DNA of 63,621 nt, filler included. It is 6 parts of 6 records of this genome, joined end to end, with 100 filler letters (N's around TTAATTAATTAA, not from the genome) between each part and the next. Parts side by side here need not be neighbours in the genome. Positions count along the whole stretch, not along the records: positions 35,274 to 52,454 come from SRR31156797_8949; 5 more parts are not named here. One strand, given 5' to 3'. The first letter of the stretch is position 1, and the number at the start of each line of letters is the position of its first letter. Position numbers and translations under genes: made by a program. This document shows, in pieces, positions 35,392 to 46,282 of the stretch. The notes under the pieces are model-generated. The model worked only from the letters and a program-made list of their open reading frames with translations. It did no database searches and was not told where the DNA came from.

Positions 35392-36045
35392 ATGAACCTT
35401 CATCCCGATTACCGGTTGGCCAGAGAAAAAATGGTCAGAGGCCAGTTGATTTCACGCGGCATCAAAGACAACCTTGTCCTCGATGCCATGGGAAAGATCC
35501 CCAGGGACCGATTTGTGGAAGAAGCCCTTGCCGGGGAAGCCTACAACGACCATCCGTTGCCCATCGGCCATAAACAGACCATCTCCCAGCCCTATATGGT
35601 CGCCCTCATGACGGAAGCGCTGATGCTCACGGGAGGGGAAAAGGTGCTTGAAATCGGAACGGGAAGCGGGTATCAGACGGCGGTTCTGGCGCAGCTGGCC
35701 GAAAAGGTTTACACGGTTGAAAGGATCCGGGTGCTCATGGTCAAAGCCAGGACCATTCTTGCGGAACTGGAATGCAACAACGTGCTTTTCAAAGCGTACG
35801 ACGGCACATTGGGATGGGAGGAGTTCGCCCCCTATGATGCCATCATGGTCACAGCGGGGGCCCCGGGAATCCCCGGGCCGCTCATGGATCAACTGGCCGA
35901 GGGGGGAAGGCTGGTGATCCCCATCGGGGACAGAAGCAGCCAGGAACTTAAACGCATCACCAAGAAAAAAGGAAAGTACCGCCAGGAGAACCTGGGCGGC
36001 TGCCGCTTTGTGAATCTCATCGGTCTCCACGGCTGGAAAGAATAG
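35392..36045 (+). CDS. pcm: protein-L-isoaspartate O-methyltransferase
   Basis: [39 protein letters not shown]. Confidence 0.95.
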   Translation: MNLHPDYRLAREKMVRGQLISRGIKDNLVLDAMGKIPRDRFVEEALAGEAYNDHPLPIGHKQTISQPYMVALMTEALMLTGGEKVLEIGTGSGYQTAVLAQLAEKVYTVERIRVLMVKARTILAELECNNVLFKAYDGTLGWEEFAPYDAIMVTAGAPGIPGPLMDQLAEGGRLVIPIGDRSSQELKRITKKKGKYRQENLGGCRFVNLIGLHGWKE

Positions 36046-36055
36046 AACCAATGGT

Positions 36056-37546
36056 TTATCGCCAACCCGCCATGATCCTCATGCAGATTTCGTTCATGGC
36101 CTCCGCCCTTTCCGCCGTATCCGCCTCGTTATAACAACGGAATTCAGGGGCATTGCCCGAAGGTCTCAGGTGCACCACCTCGTCATTTTGAAACGTCATG
36201 CGCAAACCATCGGTGGTATCAACGGACCTCACCCGACCGAAATAAGATCCGAATACGGTTTCAATGGCCTCTCTGCCTTTTTCCGCATCGCCCCCGTAGA
36301 GGTTTTTCATGGCCTCTAGACTTTTCCCGGTGGGGAACTCCTTCAAGCGGTTGCTGTGGGTGAACCGCTGGGGCAAATCATTCATGAGTTCACTGATCCT
36401 CTTCCCTTTCTTAATGGAAAGCAGCAAAATTGCCAGGTGTACGATAATGGCGTCACGGGTGGGTAAAGCCCGCAATGTTTTTCCGTTTTCAGACAGGGTC
36501 GAAGCAATCAAAAAACCGCCGTTGGCTTCATACCCCACCACCCGTTGCCCGCCCGCTTCCAAGGCCTCTTGCATTCCCTCGATCACATAGGGCGAACCGA
36601 TCCTTGTGCGATAAACAGACTCAAACAACCCGCATTTTTCGAGTGCCGTATTGCAGGAAACAGGTGTCACCACCGCATCCGCACCGAAATAGGCAGCCGT
36701 AAGGATGCCCGCCACATCCCCCCGCAACCATTTTCCCGCCTCATCGCTGATGAGGGGCCGATCGGTGTCACCATCCGTTGAAACAATGGCGTCAAAACCG
36801 TATTCTCCGGCCCATTCTTGAGCGGCATTCACGTCTTCGGGCCGAATGGCCTCCGTATCCACCGGCACAAAAACATCTGAAAACCCCAAGGGTATCACAT
36901 GGGCTCCCAGACCTTTTAGGATCTCCACCATCAATTCCCGCCCCACGGCCGAGTGCTGGTAAACCCCGACTTTTTTTCCCTTCAGACAATTTTCAGGAAA
37001 AAAATCGAGATGCCTGGCCATATACATCTCCACCGCCTCACGGTCTTCCGAAAGCGGCGCCGGGATCCCTATGAACATGCCTTCATCATCAAAAAGCCCA
37101 TCCGGCGCAACAACCTTCTCCCCTTTGATGGCGGCCTCATCCGCTTTGAGGATTTCCCCCATTTTCCTTGTATATTTGATGCCGTTCCGATCATCGGGGA
37201 TATGACTACCGGTCACCATAACCGTCGGCAAACCGTAAACCAGGCCATAATAGGCCAGAGCCGGCGAGGGAAGCTTGCCGCACCCCACAGGCGTGTATCC
37301 CCTATCCCGCACGGCCCGGGCCGCCGCGCCCATGATGCGGTCCGTGCTGGGCCGCAAGTCACCCCCCACGGCCATTGGACCTCGGCCCTTGAGCTCGCCC
37401 ATACGCTCAAGGTGCTGGATAAACGCCACCGTATACAGATAGCAAACTTCATCCGTCATCGCTGATGCCAAACCGCGGGCGCCGCTGGTGCCGAATTTGA
37501 CACCGCTTTCAGCCATCAACGCTTCAATCTTAATGGATTTTGCCAT
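36056..37546 (-). CDS. phosphomannomutase / phosphohexomutase
   Basis: FGTSGARG, VTGSH (phospho-Ser), DGDTDR metal loop, GYEANGG, HLRPSGNAPE. Confidence 0.9.
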   Translation of the reverse strand: MAKSIKIEALMAESGVKFGTSGARGLASAMTDEVCYLYTVAFIQHLERMGELKGRGPMAVGGDLRPSTDRIMGAAARAVRDRGYTPVGCGKLPSPALAYYGLVYGLPTVMVTGSHIPDDRNGIKYTRKMGEILKADEAAIKGEKVVAPDGLFDDEGMFIGIPAPLSEDREAVEMYMARHLDFFPENCLKGKKVGVYQHSAVGRELMVEILKGLGAHVIPLGFSDVFVPVDTEAIRPEDVNAAQEWAGEYGFDAIVSTDGDTDRPLISDEAGKWLRGDVAGILTAAYFGADAVVTPVSCNTALEKCGLFESVYRTRIGSPYVIEGMQEALEAGGQRVVGYEANGGFLIASTLSENGKTLRALPTRDAIIVHLAILLLSIKKGKRISELMNDLPQRFTHSNRLKEFPTGKSLEAMKNLYGGDAEKGREAIETVFGSYFGRVRSVDTTDGLRMTFQNDEVVHLRPSGNAPEFRCYNEADTAERAEAMNEICMRIMAGWR

Positions 37547-37696
37547 GGGTCCTGTCTTTCCTTTATGAGCTTTCCTCGATGGATTTCATATCTGAATTTC
37601 CGGAAAATACGCAATAATAAATGATGCCATTAAGCAAATGAAAAAAGCATAAAACAGAAACGGTTTAGTGTCAACCGGTGGCCAATTAAGGGTTCA

Positions 37697-38800
37697 TTAT
37701 CGAGAATTCGTCCTCATTTTCAGAGGAATCAAAGATTTGCCTCTCTTCTTCGCCATATTCACCATGGCGTCGGTGAACTTGGGCGGAGGTTCGCGCCGCA
37801 TGTCTTCCGGTTTGGACCTGAGACCCAACGCCCCGGTCTCGCAGGTGGTCACGCAAAGACCACAACCGATGCACCGGTCCAGGTTTACCACGGCAACATC
37901 CGCCGCTCCCATATCAATGGCCTCCATCTGGCAGCGATCCAGGCAGACCTCGCAGGCGCAGCACAAGTCCTCCTCCACCTCGACGTAGTAGTTGGATACC
38001 ACCAACTCCGCCGGACGGGGATGCCGCTTCATGTTGGCCAGCACGCCGCAGCAGTCCCCACAGCAATTGCATATGGCAAGGGGCCTCCGGGAATTGTCCG
38101 GCTGGGGCACCAGTCCCGCCTCTTCGCAGCACTCCAGGATATCGAGAGCTTCCTTTTGGGAAATATAACGGGCCATTCCCAGATCCACGTAGTACCGGGC
38201 CTGGGGCCCGAATGAGAGGCACACCTCCAGGGGTTTTTCGCATGCCTTCCCGAGAAGGCCCTTTTCCTTTCTGCAGATGCAGTCGGCTGCCGCAATCATC
38301 TTCTGTCCCCTGACGATCTCCCGAGTATCGTCATACGGGGCCACCGGGCGCAGGACTTCCACCGAACGGTTGACCGCGATGGGCCTCAGGGGCATTGTCT
38401 GTTCCGCCATATGCGAGCCGAATCCTTCATCAAAATACCGGTCCACCAGTTCCGCCAATTCCCGGTCCATGCTCTTGAGCTGAAACTCGTAGATACCCAC
38501 AATAAAGGGGATGGCCGAGTAAAGGGCCGATCCCCCCTTTCGCAGGCGGAAGAGGAGCCCCTTTCCGGTCATGCGCTCCAGGAGGGCGGCCACCGTCTCC
38601 GGGTCCCGACCGATCCTTTCCGCCACCGTCTCGGGGGGTTCCGGAGAAAGACTCAGGTTGAGAAACATCTCCCCCTCCTCCTCGGTGAAGATCTTCTCCA
38701 GGATCTTTATTTCCACACCGGAATCGGTGCTCGGAAAACCCACGGAATACTGATCCAACTGCTCCCTTAACAAATTATAAACCTCGTCTGACATAGACAT
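37697..38800 (-). CDS. 4Fe-4S binding protein with N-terminal winged-helix-like region
   Basis: CICR..C..C, ICNCCGDCC, CCACEVCLDRC, CIGCGLCVTTC. Confidence 0.8.
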   Translation of the reverse strand: MSMSDEVYNLLREQLDQYSVGFPSTDSGVEIKILEKIFTEEEGEMFLNLSLSPEPPETVAERIGRDPETVAALLERMTGKGLLFRLRKGGSALYSAIPFIVGIYEFQLKSMDRELAELVDRYFDEGFGSHMAEQTMPLRPIAVNRSVEVLRPVAPYDDTREIVRGQKMIAAADCICRKEKGLLGKACEKPLEVCLSFGPQARYYVDLGMARYISQKEALDILECCEEAGLVPQPDNSRRPLAICNCCGDCCGVLANMKRHPRPAELVVSNYYVEVEEDLCCACEVCLDRCQMEAIDMGAADVAVVNLDRCIGCGLCVTTCETGALGLRSKPEDMRREPPPKFTDAMVNMAKKRGKSLIPLKMRTNSR

Positions 38801-38829
38801 CCCCTCCTTTCCATGCTTTCTTCACAAGC

Positions 38830-39990
38830 TCATATGACGATTTCAAGATCTTCCAGCGGATAGGAAACACACGAGTGGACATACCCGAACTTTCGGTCCG
38901 ACCGCCTGACAGGCGTTCCCGAAGGCTGAAAGACCTTTCCCGAAACCAGTTTCACCCTGCACATGCTGCACTGCCCGGACCGGCATCGGGAAGGCGCCTT
39001 GAGCCCGTTTTTCTCCAGGGCCACCAGAAGCGGTTGACCGGCCACGGTCTCAAATGTGCCGGTTTCATTCACCTTCACACTGAAAACCTGCTCCGCTTGG
39101 ATCTCCTTGGGCCAGCCGGGTTGATCAGCAGCATTTACCGGAGCGCCGTAAACCTCTCTCCTTGTCTTCCTTGGGGGAACGCCCAGTTGCTCCAATTCCT
39201 TAAGGCAAAAATCATACATGGCCCGGGGTCCGCAGAGGTAGAAGGTCTTGTCATGGACATCACCGACCACATCCTTTATCAACCTGCCCGTGATCAGCCC
39301 GGTTGCCCCTTCGTATCCCTCCTCCGGCTCTTCGATCACCGGTATATAGCGGATGTTATGGAATTTCCCCGCGATGCTTCGCAATTTGTCATGGAAAATA
39401 ACATCAGAGGATGATCTGTTTCCGTAAAAAAGATATAGGGTCCTGTCGATACCGCAATCAACAACCTCCTGGATCATGCTCATGAAGGGGGTAATACCGC
39501 TCCCCCCGGCGATACACACCATGGTCTTGTCATGAAAGATGGGATTGTAATGGAAAAGTCCGCAGGGCCCCGAGCTTTCCAGTACGTCTCCCCTTTTCAC
39601 CTGATCCAGCAGGTATCCGGACACAAGGCCGTTCTTCACCCGTCTCACGGTGATTTCATAATAGCCGGTCTGGTTGGGCGGCGAAGAGATGCTGTAGGGC
39701 CTGGAAGTTCGAATTCCGCCTCTCTCAACAAAAAGGGATAGATACTGGCCCGCCTGAAAGGGAGGGAGGTCCCGGTCCATGGAAACCAGTCGAAGGGTCC
39801 GGGCAGAATCCGTCTCATCTATAATATCTGAGACCTTTAGCCTCATTCGGACGGGATGGAGCCGTCTTATGCAATCTTCCACCAAACCCTTGTCAAGGGT
39901 AAAGTCGGTTCCGTACTTTCTGCAGACCTGAATTTCATTAATGATTTCGTTGTATCCGTCAAATCCCTGAATCAGTTCTTTTTTCATCAT
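38830..39990 (-). CDS. FAD/NAD(P)-binding oxidoreductase with C-terminal 2Fe-2S domain (PaaE/Hcr-like)
   Basis: RPYSISS, GLVSGY, IAGGSGITP, YLCGP, CRSGQCSMC...C. Confidence 0.88.
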   Translation of the reverse strand: MMKKELIQGFDGYNEIINEIQVCRKYGTDFTLDKGLVEDCIRRLHPVRMRLKVSDIIDETDSARTLRLVSMDRDLPPFQAGQYLSLFVERGGIRTSRPYSISSPPNQTGYYEITVRRVKNGLVSGYLLDQVKRGDVLESSGPCGLFHYNPIFHDKTMVCIAGGSGITPFMSMIQEVVDCGIDRTLYLFYGNRSSSDVIFHDKLRSIAGKFHNIRYIPVIEEPEEGYEGATGLITGRLIKDVVGDVHDKTFYLCGPRAMYDFCLKELEQLGVPPRKTRREVYGAPVNAADQPGWPKEIQAEQVFSVKVNETGTFETVAGQPLLVALEKNGLKAPSRCRSGQCSMCRVKLVSGKVFQPSGTPVRRSDRKFGYVHSCVSYPLEDLEIVI

Positions 39991-39997
39991 CTGCCCC

Positions 39998-41491
39998 CTA
40001 TGCCTTAAGCGCCCGCATGATGGCGCCGGCCGCCGAAACGCCCGATTTCAATGTGGGTTCAAACCCGCAGTCGGTCACCCATCCCCCGGCCGTGTAGAGT
40101 CCCTTTATGGATGAAACCCTTGGCGCCTCGAAGAAAAGGGAATCCTTGTTGTATTGTTCAAACCCGTAGATGGCGCCCCTGGGGGAACCCAGATACCGCA
40201 TGAAGGTGAGCGGCGTCCCAACCTCGACCTCCTCAATGTGATCCCTCACATCCGGGCAGAGCAATTCCATCCGGTCAATCATGTGGTTGGCGCATTCATA
40301 TTTAACCTCCGCATACCGGTGGAGGGGCACCTGAAGCCATGGTTCGATGTACTTGAGCGTGACAAGCGCCGCCTGGCAGGTGCCCTTTGGAGAAAATTCG
40401 GGATCCGCCACATCGTAGCAGCTGAATGCCACAAGATTATTCTCGGTACTCAATTCCCGCATGCGGTTGTAATGCTTGTCGGAAAGATCCTCGTCCGGCA
40501 GGATGAAGTTGGTGGATACCGTGATGCCCAGGTCCTCCGGTTCGCAATCCAGTCCCAGGTAAACATTGAAGCCCGAAGGGCTGGCCGTTCTCCCACCCAT
40601 CTCGGTGAGCACATCTTCCGGCACGTGCTCGCGATCTATCAGTTCCACATAGGTGGCCACCTTGGATGCATTTGAAACTACGTTTTCCGCAGTTATTTCC
40701 TCATCACTATCGGTAATAACGCTTTCAGCCTTTCCATCTTTCACCACAATCTTTTTTACGCCACAATTATAGCGTATGGCGCCGCCGCTTGCCATGAACC
40801 TGTTTGCAAGGGCGTTTGAAAGGGCCTGGGAGCCGCCCTTTATGTGGCAGGGCATAAATTCCATGTAGCTGAAAAAAAGCATTGCCAGATAGGAAAAAGG
40901 AAGCCGGTAGGGCGTCAAACCGATGTAGCCCCAGTAAGCGCCTGGCACCGCCTTTAGTAGCGGATTTTTGAAAAATTCATCCAGGACCTCACCTGCGCTT
41001 TTAAAGGCGTACCGGTGAACCAGCGGAAACCTGTCCCTCGACGGTGCAGGATTCTTGAAAAAGGTATATAGCTCCATGGCATAACCGTAGACAAGATCGA
41101 AAAATTTGGCGATTCCCTCTTTCTCCTCGGGAAAATTCGCCTGGAGCGTCTCAACCACCTCGGCACGATTGGCGTTCAGCGTTATGTCCAGTTTGTCCGG
41201 GATGAACACCCGGTATAAATCCGACATCTCGGTGAATTCCACATCATCCATCACCCCCAGCCTTCCCAGAAGGCCTCGAAGCGGGCCTGGGCGCTCTGCC
41301 GTGCCCATGCCGCTCAACTGGTGAAGTGCCACTTCAAATTCAAAACGGCCCCGACAGAAACTGGTAGCCGAACCTCCCGGGATATTGTGCCTTTCCAGGA
41401 TCAGGACTTTGAGTCCGTTCATGGCCAGCGTGAGGCCGGCCGAAAGCCCTCCGTTGCCGGCGCCCACCACGATTGTGTCATAGTCTTTCAT
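39998..41491 (-). CDS. phytoene dehydrogenase-like (CrtI family) FAD-dependent oxidoreductase
   Basis: VVGAGNGG, LERHNIPGGSATSF.RG.F.F, KGGSQALSNAL, TPLTF..Y, GLYTAG; start at 41491 with GGAGG RBS. Confidence 0.8.
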   Translation of the reverse strand: MKDYDTIVVGAGNGGLSAGLTLAMNGLKVLILERHNIPGGSATSFCRGRFEFEVALHQLSGMGTAERPGPLRGLLGRLGVMDDVEFTEMSDLYRVFIPDKLDITLNANRAEVVETLQANFPEEKEGIAKFFDLVYGYAMELYTFFKNPAPSRDRFPLVHRYAFKSAGEVLDEFFKNPLLKAVPGAYWGYIGLTPYRLPFSYLAMLFFSYMEFMPCHIKGGSQALSNALANRFMASGGAIRYNCGVKKIVVKDGKAESVITDSDEEITAENVVSNASKVATYVELIDREHVPEDVLTEMGGRTASPSGFNVYLGLDCEPEDLGITVSTNFILPDEDLSDKHYNRMRELSTENNLVAFSCYDVADPEFSPKGTCQAALVTLKYIEPWLQVPLHRYAEVKYECANHMIDRMELLCPDVRDHIEEVEVGTPLTFMRYLGSPRGAIYGFEQYNKDSLFFEAPRVSSIKGLYTAGGWVTDCGFEPTLKSGVSAAGAIMRALKA

Positions 41492-41517
41492 AATACCTCC
41501 TCGGACAGGGGAACGGT

Positions 41518-41548
41518 AAAAAAACGGGCGGCCCCAGGCCGCCCGTTT
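41518..41548 (-). terminator. intrinsic terminator after the ABC substrate-binding protein gene
   Basis: AAACGGGCGGCC-CCA-GGCCGCCCGTTT next to an A-run, which is a U-run on the minus strand. Confidence 0.75.
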
Positions 41549-41594
41549 ATGATTTTTTTCAACACCTTTCAGGAAAAAAACAAAAAAAACGCCC

Positions 41595-42905
41595 CTATTT
41601 CTTATTCTTCCAGTACTTGACCATCCAGGGAGAAAACTGGAATTCTTCGACCCCCTCATAGGTCACACCTTTCCATTTATGGGGCCAATAGGTGCCGATC
41701 TTTTCTCCCGGCAGCCACTGGATGCCCACACCGGTCAGATATCCCGGAGCAAAGGTGGCATCATGGTTCTTGTCAAATACCACACGGCCCATGGTCCCGT
41801 TGAAATCGGTTTTCTCGAGAGCTGCCACAACCTTGTCCGGATCGAGGGAACCGGCCTTTTCAATACCCTCTTTCAGTATCAACATAGAGTCATAGGAACC
41901 GCTGGTGAGTGTGGGACGCATTTTGTATTTTTCCTGGAACTTCCTGTAAAACGGCAGGGTGCGCTCCGTCATGGCCACGTCCGACCTCTGGGCGGTTACA
42001 CCGCCGTAAACACACATGCCGCCGGTCGCTTCCCAGAACTTGGCGCCCTCGGCCTCAACATTCACGCCGGTTACGGCGGCCGGGATCTCCAGTTCTCCAA
42101 TCTGTCTGTAAAGGGGTATGGCAACCGGTCCGGAAGTCATGGCAAGAATGATATGGGCGCCTGAGGCGCGGATGGCCTGGAGCTGTGCCGAGACATCCAT
42201 GGCCTTTATGGACATGCGCCACAGGCCCGCCACTTCGATTCCCATCTTGGGAAACAGCTTCTGATAGTAGGGGATCTGGGGATCCAGCCACTTGGCTGCC
42301 TCGAAAAGGAGAGCGACTTTCGGCTTTTTTATGCCCAGGTTCTTTTTTGCCACCCGTGCTATTTCAGCGACATTCGCAAGTTCCAATGTAACGATATTTC
42401 GGGCGTTGATGGGGGCGGGCCTGAAAAAATACTTGTGCGTCTCGTAGTCCTTTCCCACACGATCGGTAATCTCCGGGTGGGAACCGGATCCGCAAATCAA
42501 AAAGATCTTCTTATACTCCGCCGTCACATCCTGCATGGCCAGTATGGCCCCGGAACTGCACCCTCCCACTATGAAATCGACCTTGTCGGAGGTAATGGCC
42601 CTTTCAACTGCGCTGGTGGCATCCACAACACTCAGAATTTCGTTGGTGTCCACCTTGACCAGTTCCACTTTCATCTTTTCCTTGCCCACCTGGATGCCCC
42701 CGGCCGCATTTATCTCCTCTGCCGCCATCTCGGCCCCGAACCAGGCATGCTCCCCCTGCACGAATTTCATGGGACCGATAATCCCGATCTTGATGGACTT
42801 TGCCGCTTGTGCGCAAACGGGCATGGCAAAAAGAAAGATTACCAGGGCCACGGCCAGTAAAATCGATATGGATCGATTTTTTTTCTGATTTTTCTTCATC
42901 TTCAT
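41595..42905 (-). CDS. LivK-type ABC transporter substrate-binding protein
   Basis: signal peptide, IKIGIIGP, AAEEINAAGG, DKVDFIVGG, YFFR; start at 42905 or 42899. Confidence 0.88.
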   Translation of the reverse strand: MKMKKNQKKNRSISILLAVALVIFLFAMPVCAQAAKSIKIGIIGPMKFVQGEHAWFGAEMAAEEINAAGGIQVGKEKMKVELVKVDTNEILSVVDATSAVERAITSDKVDFIVGGCSSGAILAMQDVTAEYKKIFLICGSGSHPEITDRVGKDYETHKYFFRPAPINARNIVTLELANVAEIARVAKKNLGIKKPKVALLFEAAKWLDPQIPYYQKLFPKMGIEVAGLWRMSIKAMDVSAQLQAIRASGAHIILAMTSGPVAIPLYRQIGELEIPAAVTGVNVEAEGAKFWEATGGMCVYGGVTAQRSDVAMTERTLPFYRKFQEKYKMRPTLTSGSYDSMLILKEGIEKAGSLDPDKVVAALEKTDFNGTMGRVVFDKNHDATFAPGYLTGVGIQWLPGEKIGTYWPHKWKGVTYEGVEEFQFSPWMVKYWKNKK

Positions 42906-43043
42906 TTCCCCCTTTTTTTGGTTGCGGTTGAAAAAAAACATCTCGTGGTACATACAACGCCACAAATACCGGTTTCAAAACGCTAAGGGTCCATCACCTC
43001 CTTTTTTTTTAATATCATCACACAGGGCTCCACCGGGGACTGG

Positions 43044-43793
43044 TTACAGGCCCAGATAGCTCTTCCTCACGGTCTCGTCCGCAAGCAATTCCTCCGGTGT
43101 TCCCTCCGCCATCATCTGTCCCTGTGAGAGCACATAGTTCCTTGCGGCCAGGTCGAAAGCAAATCCGATATCCTGCTCGGTTAAAAGAACGGTAATCCCC
43201 ATGCCGTGGACATCTTTTATACGTTCAAACAGGTCTTCCTTGACTCTGGGGGCAAGCCCCACCGAGGGCTCATCCACCAGTAGAAACCTGGCCCGTGCCA
43301 TGAGTGATCTGCCGATGGCGAGCATGGTGCGCTCCCCCCCGGATATGGTTCCCGATACCTGCTTTTCCCTCTTTTTCAGAACCGGAAAAAGCTGGTAGAC
43401 CTTCTCCAGATTCTCTTCCATGACACGCTTGTCCCTGCAAAGATACGCTCCCGCCACCAGGTTTTCCTTTACGGTCATCTCCCTGAAAGGCCTTCCCCTC
43501 TCGGGAGACAGGATGAGACCCCTTCCGACGATCTCATGGGCGTCCAGATCGGTCAGTTCTTCGCCTCCCAGTCTGACGCTGCCGCGAATGGTGATCTTAC
43601 CCCCCACCGTACCCTTAAGCGCTTCCCTTCTCCACTTCACCAGGCCCGAAACCGCATGAAGGAGGGTGGTCTTACCGGCGCCGTTGGGACCCACGAGGCT
43701 GACCATTTCCCCATCGTCCACATGGAGACTCACCCTGTTCAGAACCATGGCCCGATCATACAACACCGTCAAATCCTTCACCTCAAGACGCAA
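43044..43793 (-). CDS. LivF-type ABC ATP-binding protein
   Basis: GPNGAGKTT, SGGERTMLA, LLVDEPSVGLAP. Confidence 0.92.
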   Translation of the reverse strand: MRLEVKDLTVLYDRAMVLNRVSLHVDDGEMVSLVGPNGAGKTTLLHAVSGLVKWRREALKGTVGGKITIRGSVRLGGEELTDLDAHEIVGRGLILSPERGRPFREMTVKENLVAGAYLCRDKRVMEENLEKVYQLFPVLKKREKQVSGTISGGERTMLAIGRSLMARARFLLVDEPSVGLAPRVKEDLFERIKDVHGMGITVLLTEQDIGFAFDLAARNYVLSQGQMMAEGTPEELLADETVRKSYLGL

Positions 43794-44562
43794 GGGTCTT
43801 CACCTCCTTCCCGATATAGGCCTTCACGACCTCCTTGTTATTGACCACCTCCTCGGGCGTACCCACGGCAATGATCTGCCCGAAGCTCACCACAATGACC
43901 TTGTCAACGATGGGCATGAGCTCTGAGAGTTTATGTTCCACAATCATCATGGCGGGACCCTCACTGTGCAACCTTCCGAAACGGCCCCCTTTATGAAGTC
44001 TTTTGAGAGACTTGGCAACGAGGCTGGTTTCCGCCGGGTTCAAACCTCCGAAAGGCTCGTCCAGCAGAAGCAAGTCCGGCTCCGTTGCAATGGCACGGGC
44101 CAACTCCAGCCTTTTCAGGTCGCCGTGGGAAAGCACCGATGCCTGTTCAAGGGCCAGATCCGAAATCCCGCAGAACTCCAGGGCATCGCGCGCCCTCAAC
44201 TCCACCGTCTTCACCCACTCCCCCTTTCTTTTTGCCCTGTTGGAGAGGCAGGGGACCATCACATTGGAAATGACCGGCAGGCTCCTGAACGGCTTCACGA
44301 TCTGGAACGTGGAAGCGAGCCCCATGTTGACGGTCTTGGACACGGCCTGCCCCGTTATGTCCCTCCCCTTGAAATACACCTCTCCGGAGGAAGGCTTGAG
44401 AATGCCGGTGATCAGTCTTATGAGGGTGGACTTCCCCGCTCCGTTGGGACCGATAACGCCCACCATTTCATTCCGGCCGATCTGAAAGCTCGCGTCATTG
44501 ACGGCCCTCAATCCTCCAAAATTCTTGGTCAGGCCGTTGACCTCCAAAAAGGCTTTTGCCAT
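43783..44562 (-). CDS. LivG-type ABC ATP-binding protein
   Basis: FGGLRAV, GPNGAGKST, LLLDEP, IVEH; start MAKAFL at 44562. Confidence 0.92.
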   Translation of the reverse strand: MAKAFLEVNGLTKNFGGLRAVNDASFQIGRNEMVGVIGPNGAGKSTLIRLITGILKPSSGEVYFKGRDITGQAVSKTVNMGLASTFQIVKPFRSLPVISNVMVPCLSNRAKRKGEWVKTVELRARDALEFCGISDLALEQASVLSHGDLKRLELARAIATEPDLLLLDEPFGGLNPAETSLVAKSLKRLHKGGRFGRLHSEGPAMMIVEHKLSELMPIVDKVIVVSFGQIIAVGTPEEVVNNKEVVKAYIGKEVKTLAS

Positions 44563-44563
44563 T

Positions 44564-46261
44564 TCATTCAGCCTCCTCTCTGATCTCCCGTCGCGACACC
44601 TTGCCGATATCCGTCTTGGGAATCTCCCCAACGAATTCAACTATCTTGGGAATCTTGTAGTGGCTCAGCTTGTCCTTGCAATACGCTATGATATCCGTTT
44701 CGGATATCTTCCCCCGCGCATCACTCTCAAGCACGATCACGGCCTTTACATTCTCCCCCACCCGTTGATCCGGGACACCGACAACACCCACTTCCTTGAT
44801 CCGGGGATGGGTCTTCAAGACCTCCTCCACCTCCCTGGCAAAGACCCTCAGGCCCTTGTATTTGATCAGATCCCTTTTTCGATCATACACATAGAAGTAT
44901 CCATCCTCCTCCATCCTTCCGATATCGCCGGTTCGCCACCAGGTCTTGCCGTCAATCTCAGCCTCACACTCCCCGGTGGCCCCCTCGTTTTGCCAGTATC
45001 CCAGACTCACCTGCGGCCCCATGGATACGATTTCTCCCATTTCTCCCGCAGGGAGATACTGATCCTCATCCGGATCCAGTATGGCGGACATGGTTCCCGG
45101 AATGGGGAACCCTATGGATCCCGGTCTCTCGCTTCCCATGGGCCCCATATGGGTTGTGGCGGTGGTTTCGGTCATGCCGTAACCCTCGGTGATGGTCACG
45201 CCGGTCCTCTCCTTCCATTCCCCGGCCGTATCGTCATGAAGGGAATCGGCACCGGACAGAATAACCTTGAGCTTCTTCCACGCCACCCGGTCCGTCTTCT
45301 CATAGTCCTTGAGCATCTCGTACATGGTGGGAGCCCCCATAAAAAAGGTGGCCTTGTATTTAACAATTGAATTAAGGATGTCGTCGATCTCGGGGGTGGT
45401 AATGGTCACCTGGGTATACCCCAAAAGCACGCCGATAAGCACCCCGACGCTCTGGCCCGCCGCATGATAATACGGCATATAGGAGATAAGCGTCTCCTTC
45501 CCTTCACTGAGCGCAGGCAGATATGCCGCCACCTGCATGACGTTTGAGATGGCGTTAAAATGTGTTACCATCACGCCCTTGGGGAGGCCGGTGGTGCCCC
45601 CGGTATAGGGGAGCACCATCAGGTCCTCTTTGGGATCGATCTTCACTTGGGGAGGATTGGGATCGTATGAACCCATAAGATCATGCAGTTGGTAAAAACC
45701 CTGCCTGGCGACGATGTCGGGGGACGGGGCCGCCATCTTCTGGTACACGCCCCGGAGGATGCTCTTTCCCATCATCTTTTTCATCTTGGGAAGAGAATCG
45801 GCGATGCTCGTCAGGATGACGTTCTCCAGCTCGACCCCGCTCCGTTCCACGCCCTCATAGAGGATATCCTGACAGATGATGCTCTTGGCGCCGCTGTCCT
45901 TGAGCTGATGGGCAATCTCGCCCGACACATAGACAGGACTGATGGGCGTCAATATGGCCCCTATCTTTGCGGCAGCGTAAAAACTGATGATATATTCCGG
46001 TGAGTTGAGCAGCAGAAGGGCTATCCTGTCCCCTTTCTTTATGCCGATGGATGCCAGGGCATTGGCCAGCCTGTCCACCTTTTCCCTCAACTCCTTGAAA
46101 CTTATCTTTCTCCCGTAGAATACCACTGCGGTCCTCTTCCGCCATGTTTCAGCGGCTTCATCAAAGACGTCTCCCACGGACCTGACGGGGAACTCAATAT
46201 TCGAAGGTACGCCCTCGGGGTAGTGCTCCAGCCAGGGTGCTTGTTCGTAAATGGATGTCAA
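44564..46261 (-). CDS. long-chain fatty acid--CoA ligase-like AMP-binding enzyme
   Basis: PWLEHYP, YTGGTTGLPKG, EGYGMTE, RTGDIG, PKTDIGK. Confidence 0.9.
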   Translation of the reverse strand: MTSIYEQAPWLEHYPEGVPSNIEFPVRSVGDVFDEAAETWRKRTAVVFYGRKISFKELREKVDRLANALASIGIKKGDRIALLLLNSPEYIISFYAAAKIGAILTPISPVYVSGEIAHQLKDSGAKSIICQDILYEGVERSGVELENVILTSIADSLPKMKKMMGKSILRGVYQKMAAPSPDIVARQGFYQLHDLMGSYDPNPPQVKIDPKEDLMVLPYTGGTTGLPKGVMVTHFNAISNVMQVAAYLPALSEGKETLISYMPYYHAAGQSVGVLIGVLLGYTQVTITTPEIDDILNSIVKYKATFFMGAPTMYEMLKDYEKTDRVAWKKLKVILSGADSLHDDTAGEWKERTGVTITEGYGMTETTATTHMGPMGSERPGSIGFPIPGTMSAILDPDEDQYLPAGEMGEIVSMGPQVSLGYWQNEGATGECEAEIDGKTWWRTGDIGRMEEDGYFYVYDRKRDLIKYKGLRVFAREVEEVLKTHPRIKEVGVVGVPDQRVGENVKAVIVLESDARGKISETDIIAYCKDKLSHYKIPKIVEFVGEIPKTDIGKVSRREIREEAE

Positions 46262-46282
46262 TTTTACCTCCCTTCTTCTGCC

